A DNA stretch of 64,000 bases. It comes from a virus (lineage: Duplodnaviria; Caudoviricetes). The stretch's first letter is position 1. The number at the start of each line of letters is the position of its first letter. Where the stretch lies: the IMG/VR virus record IMGVR_UViG_3300020411_000002. The stretch is one strand, 5' to 3'. Below the pieces are notes generated by a model, which was not told where the DNA came from, made no database searches, and saw nothing but the letters and a program-made list of their open reading frames with translations. Position numbers and translations under genes: made by a program. This document shows positions 56,252 to 64,000 of this stretch, one piece after another.

Positions 56252-57100
56252 ATGCTTTTGAAGAACTATCCTGAACTGATGGTAAGCATAATGCATCAAG
56301 CGTTTAGTTTTGCAGGTTTAAGCTATGCGCGTAGAAGAAAGACAGGTGCTATCGTGCTTCGTCATTTGGAAGGCAAAGAGTTTACACCAGTAGCGTTTGG
56401 CTATAACGGTACTCGACCTGGAGAATCTAACTTATGTGAAGATGCGAACGGAGATACTTTAGATACTGTTATTCATGCTGAGCGTAACTGCATTAGAAAG
56501 ATGATGAATCAAGGTGTTGCCACTCCCGGAAGTATACTGGTAGTAACGTTTGTCCCCTGTCCTGATTGCGTTGAGTTGATTATCGATGCCAAGTTCAAAG
56601 AAGTTATTTACTGTCACGATAGTAATAATCCGCAAAAAGTAAAAGGTCTTGAAAAGCTGTTTAATAAAGTTAGCGTATCTCGCGTAGATATCAAAGACGT
56701 TATTGAATGGGGCAGCTATGTTCAAGATGGATTGAACATGCCCAAGTTTTTAGGTACTGTTGCAGAGTCTGAAAACAAAGCACTAGATAGATTTGTCCGT
56801 ACTAAGTCTATAGAAGAAATCGATAGAATAGTTAAGCACTTCTTTGATACGGTTCAAAGAGTACATCGTTTAGAGTCTACGGATTTTCATAGAGAACTGT
56901 ATTTCAATACTCTACACCGCAATCTTCACGGTACTAGACGAGAGTTTTTCAAGTGGTGCAATCTAGCATACGAAACTATTTCCGAAATACAACTTAAATC
57001 AGAAGACCCAATATTAGGCATAGAAGAGTTCATTGACTTTTATCTACTAGCGCCTTTTATTAAATCTCCAAAGCAAAGTAACAATGAGTATAACCAGTGA
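56252..57100 (+). CDS. dCMP deaminase with C-terminal extension
   Basis: GYNGT.PG..N.CE, HAERN, PCPDC Zn motifs. Confidence 0.9.
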   Translation: MLLKNYPELMVSIMHQAFSFAGLSYARRRKTGAIVLRHLEGKEFTPVAFGYNGTRPGESNLCEDANGDTLDTVIHAERNCIRKMMNQGVATPGSILVVTFVPCPDCVELIIDAKFKEVIYCHDSNNPQKVKGLEKLFNKVSVSRVDIKDVIEWGSYVQDGLNMPKFLGTVAESENKALDRFVRTKSIEEIDRIVKHFFDTVQRVHRLESTDFHRELYFNTLHRNLHGTRREFFKWCNLAYETISEIQLKSEDPILGIEEFIDFYLLAPFIKSPKQSNNEYNQ

Positions 57101-57353
57101 AGCGCGTATTTCTGTCTATTTCGTAAAGCGTACATTTAGTCAGTATTACGATATTGAAGTAGGTGAGTACTTTATTAGTATTCACGGCAATTATCGAAAA
57201 GTAGAAGTGTTGAACTTAGACGATGCTTCTTTTAGAATCTTGTCCTCCACATCGGTTGATGTTACACGCATAGACAAAGAATACGTAGCAAGCGTACATG
57301 TCACTGTGGAACTATCGGATACCGGTTTAATAACAAAGCGAATAGTTGAATGA
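57084..57353 (+). CDS. Hypothetical protein
   Basis: 89-aa ORF overlapping neighbours. Confidence 0.65.
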   Translation: MSITSEARISVYFVKRTFSQYYDIEVGEYFISIHGNYRKVEVLNLDDASFRILSSTSVDVTRIDKEYVASVHVTVELSDTGLITKRIVE

Positions 57354-57748
57354 TAAAATATGATTTAGAACCTTACTTTATTAACAGTACTTGGAGAGCA
57401 ATCGTTGATAACGGGCTTACTCCTTACATTACACTTGTCGTAGATGAACGTTGCAATGTTCCGCAAGAACACATCAAAGAGAAGAACGGTCTTCCTACGA
57501 TCACGTTTAACACAAGTCTTGTTGCTACTCCTAATATTGTGATGAACGATAAAGAAGAGTACATTACGTTTAGCGGTTCATTTAGCGGTCGTCGTATAGA
57601 TATTCAGTTTACGTATGACAACATCGTAGCAATCTACGCTAAAGAACTTAAAGACTTTGGCATAGTAGTGCCGTACACTCCTCCAAAGCAAGTTGAGCAA
57701 GAACAAGAACCAGAACGCGCTAAGCCTGTGCTGCAAGTGGTGAAGTAA
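57350..57748 (+). CDS. sspB: SspB-like ClpXP adaptor (stringent starvation protein B)
   Basis: PY...DNGLTPYI...VPQEH...ITF.GSFSG...IVAIYAKE and C-terminal KPVLQVVK (E. coli SspB ends RPALRVVK). Confidence 0.88.
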   Translation: MIKYDLEPYFINSTWRAIVDNGLTPYITLVVDERCNVPQEHIKEKNGLPTITFNTSLVATPNIVMNDKEEYITFSGSFSGRRIDIQFTYDNIVAIYAKELKDFGIVVPYTPPKQVEQEQEPERAKPVLQVVK

Positions 57749-58077
57749 TGAATCCATTATTTCCTACTCCGATAAAAGGGTTTAGTATTTGTACTATAAC
57801 ACAAACAGTTGGTGACTTGTATATAGGTCAGTGGTTCTACAAAGAGCAAAATAGCAGTAAAGGTTATCTAGCAGAGTACGCTAGTGATAGCTGGTTTAAG
57901 GGTAAAGAGTTTGATACATCTGCTGTCCCACATGCCCAAGTATATCCTAACAATTTGCAAGAGTTTGAAGCGATAGACACTGAACGAGCTAAGAGCATGA
58001 CTGTAGAGTCTATTCTCAAAGAGTATGGTATTGAAAACAAAGGCTTAGAGTTGAGCCTACTTAGAAGAATGAACTGA
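57748..58077 (+). CDS. Hypothetical protein
   Basis: 109-aa ORF, TAATG coupling. Confidence 0.7.
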   Translation: MNPLFPTPIKGFSICTITQTVGDLYIGQWFYKEQNSSKGYLAEYASDSWFKGKEFDTSAVPHAQVYPNNLQEFEAIDTERAKSMTVESILKEYGIENKGLELSLLRRMN

Positions 58078-58084
58078 GGAATAT

Positions 58085-59470
58085 ATGAAAAGTTTGGAAT
58101 TTGAATGTTCGGATTTTACCAAAGTATACACTACTACAGGTCTGTATCCTAAGTTCTCAATCTCTGTATTTCTAATGGATGCAGTTGACCTAGAACCAGG
58201 TCAAGTGTTTGAAGATATAAGAATCACTAATTCGTCTGGTACTTATGTCCAAGAAGGTTTCTTTAAACTTACTTCTGTTATGCAAGGTCCTAATACTCAT
58301 ATATTAGAGCTTTCCACTATGTCCTCGTCTGGTATTCTCAATGATGTAGATTGCCAGTACTTGAATGTTGCGCAAAAGATTTTAGACGAAGGTTATCACT
58401 CAGAAAACAGAACCAAAACAAACACGTACAAACTGTTTGGCGATGCGCAATTAAAGTTCGACTTACGTGAAGGTTTACCTGTTCTAACTACCAAGAACGT
58501 ATTAGTAGGTGCATTGAAGAAAGAACTGTGCTGGTTTAATCGTGGTGAGACTAACATCAAAACACTTGGTACTCCTATTTGGGACGAATGGGCAACTGAG
58601 TCTGGTGAGCTAGGTCCTGTCTATGGTGAGCAGTGGAGAGACTGGCTTGCTTGGCATGAAGTGCATGAATCACAAGTTGAGAAAATCAAGTTCTTAGAAG
58701 AGCAAGGTTACACTAAAGGTTATCAAATTGGTGGATTCCTTTTATTCCACAAGCGCATTGACCAACTCAATCAGTTAATTGAGAACATCAAGAACGATCC
58801 AAACAATCGTCGAATGATTGTTTCTGCTTGGAATCCTACTGTAGACCCAGACACTAAGCTCACACCAAACAAGAACGCTGAACTTGGTATGCAAGCGCTG
58901 CCACCTTGTCATACATTATGGCAAGTAGGTTGCACTAAAATAGCTAACGTATATGATCGCGAAAAAGAATGGATTCGCCTTGAAGCTATTAAGAACATGC
59001 ATGAAATGGGCATCTATTATGATGAAGCGTATGTTATAGCTAACAACCAATGGGTACTATTTGTATCGGATACTGCGGTGCGTCTGGATGAACGTAACGA
59101 TGAAATAATATTAACAGAAGCATTGGATTCAGTAAACGCACCTGACTACTATCTAGACTTAAAGCTTTATCAGCGTAGTGCAGATTGGTTCTTGGGCGTA
59201 CCGTTTAATATAGCTAGCTACGCTATGCAGGCTGAAATACTTGCCGCTCATACAGGCACTGTAGCTCGTAACTTCTATCATTCGTTTGGTGATTTCCACA
59301 TTTACGAAAACCATGTTGACCAGTTACGAACTCAGATAGAGCAACCGCACAAAGCACTTCCGCGTTGCTACATTGAAAAGCAAAAAGACATTGCGCACTA
59401 TCTGCCAGAGCATATTCATGTACTTGGATATGAAGGCGGTATCAAACTAACAGGGGACGTTGCCGTATGA
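58085..59470 (+). CDS. thyA: Thymidylate synthase with N-terminal extension
   Basis: FDLREG.PVLTTK, ELCWF, IWDEWA, LGPVYG.QWR, RRMIVSAWNP, ALPPCH, YQRSADWFLGVPFNIASY, HIYENH. Confidence 0.95.
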   Translation: MKSLEFECSDFTKVYTTTGLYPKFSISVFLMDAVDLEPGQVFEDIRITNSSGTYVQEGFFKLTSVMQGPNTHILELSTMSSSGILNDVDCQYLNVAQKILDEGYHSENRTKTNTYKLFGDAQLKFDLREGLPVLTTKNVLVGALKKELCWFNRGETNIKTLGTPIWDEWATESGELGPVYGEQWRDWLAWHEVHESQVEKIKFLEEQGYTKGYQIGGFLLFHKRIDQLNQLIENIKNDPNNRRMIVSAWNPTVDPDTKLTPNKNAELGMQALPPCHTLWQVGCTKIANVYDREKEWIRLEAIKNMHEMGIYYDEAYVIANNQWVLFVSDTAVRLDERNDEIILTEALDSVNAPDYYLDLKLYQRSADWFLGVPFNIASYAMQAEILAAHTGTVARNFYHSFGDFHIYENHVDQLRTQIEQPHKALPRCYIEKQKDIAHYLPEHIHVLGYEGGIKLTGDVAV

Positions 59471-60540
59471 CAAGTAAAGTATTAACAAACAAAGAAAAAG
59501 CATTTCTGAAAGAAATTCGTAGACGGTCTAAGCCTACAGAAAGCAACATGAAAAACTTTCTAAAGCAAGATGAAGACCCAGAAAAGCTATTAAAAGTAGC
59601 TGTTTGGTATCATGGCGGATGTAACGATGGACTAGGCTCTGCGGTATCTATTGCAGTCTTCTTAAAAGAAGAGTTGGACTTTGACTTAGACTCAGTTGAC
59701 TTTGTTCCAGTTGGGTACGGTAAGCCTGCACCAGAAGTAGATCATGATTTTGTGTTCATAGTTGACTTTGCGTATTCGCCCGAAGATACAGAAGAGCTTT
59801 GTAGCAAAAACAAAGATACTTGGTTCTTAACCGTTGACCACCATGAAACGGCGTACAATAAGTATTTGACTTACTATAAGAATAACTCATTCTCTGATAG
59901 AAACTGTTTTGTTATCAATGCTAATGGAAATTTAGCAGGCGCAGACCTATCTTGGATGATACTTAATCCACATATAGATGTACCTGATTTGATTAAAGAT
60001 GTTGCAGACAGAGACTTGTGGAAGTTCGAAAGACCTTCATCAAAGCCGATGCATTTGTTTTTAGTAGGTCTACGCGCTATTAAAGAGTACTGCCCTGTAA
60101 AAGTTTACTACAGATTCTTAACTGGAAAAGATTCAGAGTATGACGAGGCGCTGGTAATAGGTAAAAGCTTATTGCAATTCCAAAAGTCTTTGATTAGAGA
60201 AGTAAGCTATCCTGCTAAAGCTGGAACTATACAGATGGGTGACGAGAAGATGCCTGCTATATTCTGTAACTGTTCCAACTACTCTTTAATTTCAGATACT
60301 GGTGATTATATCCTTAATCGCCCAGATAAGTTTAAAATAGATACCGACAAACACGTTGCTATTTTATATTTATTCTCTGCTGATTTAAAACAAGTAAAGC
60401 TGAGTTTTAGAAGTAAGAACAAGCAGGCAAAGGTCTATGCGGAATTCTTTGGAGGAGGTGGTCATCCTAATTCAGGTGGTGCTGCAATACCAAAAGAAGA
60501 GTTCGATAGAATTGTTGAACTAAAAACTAACGAAGCATAA
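59467..60540 (+). CDS. DHH/DHHA1 phosphoesterase
   Basis: YHGGCNDG, VDF, DHHET, DRDLWKF, SFRS, GGGGH motifs. Confidence 0.9.
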   Translation: MTSKVLTNKEKAFLKEIRRRSKPTESNMKNFLKQDEDPEKLLKVAVWYHGGCNDGLGSAVSIAVFLKEELDFDLDSVDFVPVGYGKPAPEVDHDFVFIVDFAYSPEDTEELCSKNKDTWFLTVDHHETAYNKYLTYYKNNSFSDRNCFVINANGNLAGADLSWMILNPHIDVPDLIKDVADRDLWKFERPSSKPMHLFLVGLRAIKEYCPVKVYYRFLTGKDSEYDEALVIGKSLLQFQKSLIREVSYPAKAGTIQMGDEKMPAIFCNCSNYSLISDTGDYILNRPDKFKIDTDKHVAILYLFSADLKQVKLSFRSKNKQAKVYAEFFGGGGHPNSGGAAIPKEEFDRIVELKTNEA

Positions 60541-60549
60541 GGGACTACG

Positions 60550-61194
60550 ATGCAAAACAGCTATATCACTGTAACAAACAAAGTAATAATTCTTAATTAT
60601 TGTATGCTAAAGTCTACTCTAAAGGAGAGATTAGGTGCGCTAAGTGTTCGTGTACTGGAAGACCTAGAACCATGTGTTGTGCGTTACTGTGATATAGAGG
60701 TTCATTGGAGAGAACATCAGTTAGACATATTGATCGACTTAAAGGTTGAGCCATTGGTCGTAAACTGTATTAATATAAATCACAAAATAATTATTAATAC
60801 TAAACCCGAAGTAGAGATAAATGACAAACGCTTTGAGAATATTCTTTCAGGCGCTGTAGGTCGAATACATAAAAATATACAACTACAAGTAGTTAATGAA
60901 TCTAGTGGTAACACTAAGCAGCAACGTCTTCAATTTGTCGAAGGTCAAACTGTAGATGGATGGTATGAAAACTTACAACCTGGAAAAGATTTTGTAACTA
61001 AGAGAGGTGCTAAAGGTAAAGTAGTTATGTTAGACTACTTTGGTTTAGGTCAGTCTTTCCCTCTAGACCCTCTTATCGTGGTAAAGTGGTTATCTAAAAG
61101 CGAGATAAAAGATACTGCTTTTTGGAAAGAAGAATTTACCAATATGACAGGTGTAAGCCTTGAGAATTTCAAAAGTAGCTCAGACATTGCGTAA
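60550..61194 (+). CDS. Hypothetical protein
   Basis: 214-aa ORF with AAGGGA SD. Confidence 0.7.
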   Translation: MQNSYITVTNKVIILNYCMLKSTLKERLGALSVRVLEDLEPCVVRYCDIEVHWREHQLDILIDLKVEPLVVNCININHKIIINTKPEVEINDKRFENILSGAVGRIHKNIQLQVVNESSGNTKQQRLQFVEGQTVDGWYENLQPGKDFVTKRGAKGKVVMLDYFGLGQSFPLDPLIVVKWLSKSEIKDTAFWKEEFTNMTGVSLENFKSSSDIA

Positions 61195-61210
61195 CACTCT
61201 TTCGTGCTTG

Positions 61211-61381
61211 ATGGCATGGCTGGTGGTATGCATAAACTATTACATTATACTTTTCGTAAGCCCAAGTATAGCGTATTTAACTTTCATTACTCTAAATATT
61301 TTATCAATTTTTATTGTAAGGGCTATTGATAGGTTTATCAAAATTAAAAAGCCTGATGTATGGTACGACTTTATGAATTGA
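61211..61381 (+). CDS. Small membrane protein (56 aa)
   Basis: Hydrophobic 3' part of ORF-track 61160..61381; the non-overlapping start is ATG 61211. Confidence 0.5.
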   Translation: MAWLVVCINYYIILFVSPSIAYLTFITLNILSIFIVRAIDRFIKIKKPDVWYDFMN

Positions 61382-61390
61382 GGAAAGACA

Positions 61391-61807
61391 ATGACCGAGA
61401 CAGAACGTGCAGAACTACTATTGAACGGAAAAGTTCTATTAGGACCCAATGCCACTGACGAACAGTTAGATAGATTTGTTGACTATGTGTATACTATAAA
61501 GCAAGAAGTGTCATTAGGTTCTCAAACTAAGATACTAACTAAAGCCCAATCCGAAGGCGTTTACAATAAGCTTATCTTAGAACACAACTCTAAGCTAATA
61601 CAAGCTGGTAAGAAGAACGCATCACCCGCCAAGCCTAAACAAAATCTTTCATTTGAACAGCGCTTACGCGAGATTAATATTCTTATTGAAAAGATTCTTG
61701 CCTTGAACATAGAAATAGATGTAATGAACTCTATGGGTGCTATTGACGGAAACGAAACAGTAGCAACAACCAACCTCAAACTTGCCACACTTTACGGCGT
61801 ATCTTGA
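61391..61807 (+). CDS. Hypothetical protein
   Basis: 138-aa ORF with GAGG SD. Confidence 0.7.
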   Translation: MTETERAELLLNGKVLLGPNATDEQLDRFVDYVYTIKQEVSLGSQTKILTKAQSEGVYNKLILEHNSKLIQAGKKNASPAKPKQNLSFEQRLREINILIEKILALNIEIDVMNSMGAIDGNETVATTNLKLATLYGVS

Positions 61808-61835
61808 GGTCTTTTGATAATACTAATTTTATATA

Positions 61836-61945
61836 ACTGGAATACAATTCGCGTGTATTCCAGTGTTGCATTTCAGCTTGTGAAGCGATAGCCTAACAAT
61901 GTATCTATCAAACAGTCTCGATACAGGCTAAAGGTAAGACTGTTT
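61836..61945 (+). ncRNA. Candidate structured RNA: 11-bp hairpin plus H-type pseudoknot
   Basis: ACTGGAATACA/TGTATTCCAGT (61836-61864); S1 TGTATC/GATACA (61900-05/61920-25); S2 AAACAGTCT/AGACTGTTT (61910-18/61937-45). Confidence 0.35.
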
Positions 61946-62020
61946 AGAACTTACTAGAAAGTAACTTTGGAAGAACTTGACGTAATACACTTAGAATAAG
62001 CTAAGGCGTTAGGTGTCCAA

Positions 62021-62155
62021 ATGGAAGTCAGTAAGAAGCGAGGATCGAACATTAGTTTCTATATGGATGGTAGAAAGCTTAACTCAGCAGCCTGTGTTAC
62101 TCAGGTTTCTAATGTTTTAACTTGCAAATTTATTAGAAGGACTTATCATGAGTAA
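62021..62155 (+). CDS. 44-aa hypothetical peptide MEVSKKRGSNISFYMDG...
   Basis: Read manually; AGGT SD; overlaps the next start. Confidence 0.4.
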   Translation: MEVSKKRGSNISFYMDGRKLNSAACVTQVSNVLTCKFIRRTYHE

Positions 62156-62948
62156 TGACATTTATAACGCTAGAAATTTATTTGAATCCACATCGGAAAG
62201 CAATAAAGAATTCAACGAAATACTTCCTTCTTTTGTAGAGTATCCTTTCAAAAAAGGTTCGAAGAAAGTTGATTACTTAGCGGAAACTATAAATATTATC
62301 AATTGTGATAAGATTACTTTCTATATCACAACTAGCGTAAAGTTCCACAATAGAACCCATAAGCTTTTCAACATAGCTATGCTAGTTGACTACAAAAGTA
62401 TATTAGAGCCGTTTGCTGACAACATTGTTGAGCATCCATCGCAAATGACAGGTTACGGCCTAGTATCTTCTTCCCATGTAATTCATCACATGGACAGCTT
62501 TCTTCAATGGTTTAGATCTGCTAAACGTAATGTTTGGGGTGTTACTACTTTAAGTGGAGTATACTTGAAAGGAAACCCTAGACGCGAAGAACATGCATTG
62601 AAAGACCCCAAGTATCCTCTTCCTCGTTCCCAAGATATACATAGCAAGTATCTAAAGTATATGGAATATCTGGGCGATGAAACTTTTGACTACGAAGAAC
62701 TTATCTATATAAGATTTCACTTAGTCCTATCTATGTTTATTGAATGCTTAAACAGTTCTGACATTCCTATTACTGTTAATTATATGGGAGCGTTAGGTAT
62801 GTTGAAGCGATATTTATTAACCCACCAGTTTAATCCATCTACAAAGACTCTACTCGATAAAGTTAAGCCTTCTGTTCTTGGTAACTTCATTACTGACGTA
62901 TTAGACGAAGCCTCTAGGCCTTGTTTTATACAAGCAATGAAACTGTAA
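62148..62948 (+). CDS. Hypothetical protein
   Basis: 266-aa ORF with AAGGA SD. Confidence 0.7.
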   Translation: MSNDIYNARNLFESTSESNKEFNEILPSFVEYPFKKGSKKVDYLAETINIINCDKITFYITTSVKFHNRTHKLFNIAMLVDYKSILEPFADNIVEHPSQMTGYGLVSSSHVIHHMDSFLQWFRSAKRNVWGVTTLSGVYLKGNPRREEHALKDPKYPLPRSQDIHSKYLKYMEYLGDETFDYEELIYIRFHLVLSMFIECLNSSDIPITVNYMGALGMLKRYLLTHQFNPSTKTLLDKVKPSVLGNFITDVLDEASRPCFIQAMKL

Positions 62949-62985
62949 ACTGTACAAACCATTAAGTAAATCAATTCGGAGCGTC

Positions 62986-63270
62986 ATGAATTGGGAAAAA
63001 GCTAACCATCGGAACGGATTTGTTTTCTCTGGAGACATATCACCCGAAAACCCCATAGACTTACGTGAAATAGTCGTAGGCAAAAGCAAAGTAGTATTGA
63101 AAGCGCCAGACGGTTGTTGTGGAACAACACTATGCATGAAAGAGTATGTAGTAGAAGGCGTAGGGAAATATAAAGATGCTGGACTGAAACAAATCATTCC
63201 AGTGTTTAGGTTAGAAAGCGGAGTGTTTTGTACTCCAAATCAGATAAGCTATGTACTCAACCCTGAGTAG
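62986..63270 (+). CDS. Hypothetical protein
   Basis: 94-aa ORF with GGAG SD. Confidence 0.7.
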   Translation: MNWEKANHRNGFVFSGDISPENPIDLREIVVGKSKVVLKAPDGCCGTTLCMKEYVVEGVGKYKDAGLKQIIPVFRLESGVFCTPNQISYVLNPE

Positions 63271-63282
63271 ATTGTAGACATT

Positions 63283-63322
63283 AAAAAGGCTGGATACTCA
63301 ATTACGAGTCCAGCCTTTTTTT
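63283..63322. terminator. Bidirectional terminator between convergent blocks
   Basis: AAAAAGGCTGG...CCAGCCTTTTTTT inverted repeat with A/T tails on both sides; a second hairpin AAGAACA-TCCT-TGTTCTT at 63331-63348. Confidence 0.85.
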
Positions 63323-63395
63323 ATATAAAAAAGAACATCCTTGTTCTTATAAAAAGCGTCTATCCATGTACGCTACGCTTGCCTCCACAGCCGCG

Positions 63396-63998
63396 TTAAA
63401 TCAAACGTTCAGTTCCATCAAGACTGTATACGTACTTCACTGACTCTGCTCCTGTACCTTTCCGTCCACGTACTAAACGTACCAACACTTCACCTTTAGG
63501 AATATCTAAGCCAACAATCTCAACTGGCAAATATGCAGAGCCTGTTTTGATTGAGTACATCGGTGCATTTTGTACTAATACTTTGGACTGTATTAGTTCG
63601 TTACTTAGCTTGTTAAGTTGTCGCTCTAGCTTAGTAATCTCAGCACTTGTACGGGCATCCTTTTCCTTAGATGACATATTCTTTAAGCGCTCAATCTCAT
63701 TATACAAATGGGTGTATTCAGATGTACCAGAGTTTCTACGCTTTGAGTTTCTCCAATATTCAAGAAGCTTCAATGCGCGTTCTTGTTTATCGGCTGGATA
63801 CGGTTTAAGTAGTAAAGCAACTTGCACTGTCAGACCTTTGTTAGCGTCTAGTACAACTTTGCCTTTAATTCCTTTTCCGTATGTATTCTGTAATCGCTCA
63901 ATGAATAGCTCAGCTTCGTTCTTGTACTTACGGCTTACTGTAGAGTTTTTAAGAATAAGAACAGGCTTACCTTTACTATTAGCGAACCCTGTCTTAGA
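63396..63998 (-). CDS. Hypothetical basic protein, 5'-truncated by the window edge
   Basis: Frame of ORF-track 63396..63827 stays open to the right edge (SKTGFANSKGKP...). Confidence 0.7.
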   Translation of the reverse strand, partial: SKTGFANSKGKPVLILKNSTVSRKYKNEAELFIERLQNTYGKGIKGKVVLDANKGLTVQVALLLKPYPADKQERALKLLEYWRNSKRRNSGTSEYTHLYNEIERLKNMSSKEKDARTSAEITKLERQLNKLSNELIQSKVLVQNAPMYSIKTGSAYLPVEIVGLDIPKGEVLVRLVRGRKGTGAESVKYVYSLDGTERLI

Positions 63999-64000
63999 TA

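Noticed and set aside
58085-59470. ThyA as a dCMP hydroxymethylase or intron-split gene
   Set aside because: The dUMP-specifying Asn (PFN) is present and the frame is uninterrupted.
61808-62147. tRNA or tmRNA (tempting given SspB)
   Set aside because: No acceptor stem, T-loop GTTCGA or CCA end could be found.
350-63197. Other short ORFs nested antisense or out of frame within long genes
   Set aside because: They lie inside well-supported CDSs, lack motifs, and are expected as shadow ORFs.
1-64000. Stop-codon reassignment (TAG readthrough)
   Set aside because: The standard code gives near-complete, tightly coupled coding, and several genes end cleanly at TAG.
1-64000. CRISPR array, and a specific phage genus assignment
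   Set aside because: No repeat-spacer periodicity found. Gene content hints at jumbo myophages, but a named lineage cannot be supported without searches.

Overview
This is a densely coding, AT-rich 64 kb segment of a large lytic myophage (contractile tail: PAAR, gp25-like, baseplate J-like genes). The host is Gram-negative, probably a gammaproteobacterium (SspB and ACP homologues, spanin-like lipoprotein). No rRNA, tRNA, CRISPR array or integrase is visible. All calls come from motif recognition by eye; no database searches were run. Four transcription blocks: (1) + strand 6-21369 with DnaB helicase, intein-containing terminase large subunit, probable portal, 5'-3' exonuclease, 2OG-Fe(II) oxygenase, macrodomain-like protein, HslV-like protease and M15 endolysin; (2) - strand 51174-21362, a late operon running from baseplate through a very elaborate fibre/adhesin module to membrane and lysis genes; (3) + strand 51263-63270 with host-takeover and nucleotide-metabolism genes (ACP homologue, dCMP deaminase, SspB, ThyA, DHH phosphoesterase); (4) a - strand gene truncated by the right edge. 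The most striking system is three paralogous Hint (intein-like) domains in the fibre module. Two are fused after a poly-Gly linker to the C-termini of a collagen fibre and a 1367-aa adhesin. The third is a stand-alone copy whose Met1 sits exactly where the catalytic Cys1 would be. Together they suggest a self-processing, possibly self-ligating fibre maturation system. Other highlights: four collagen fibre paralogues each with Cys in the 10th Gly-X-Y triplet, an acyl carrier protein homologue whose phosphopantetheine serine is replaced by Asp, a phage SspB with an intact ClpX-binding tail, a secreted periplasmic-binding-protein-like gene in the late operon, and an intergenic hairpin plus H-type pseudoknot.
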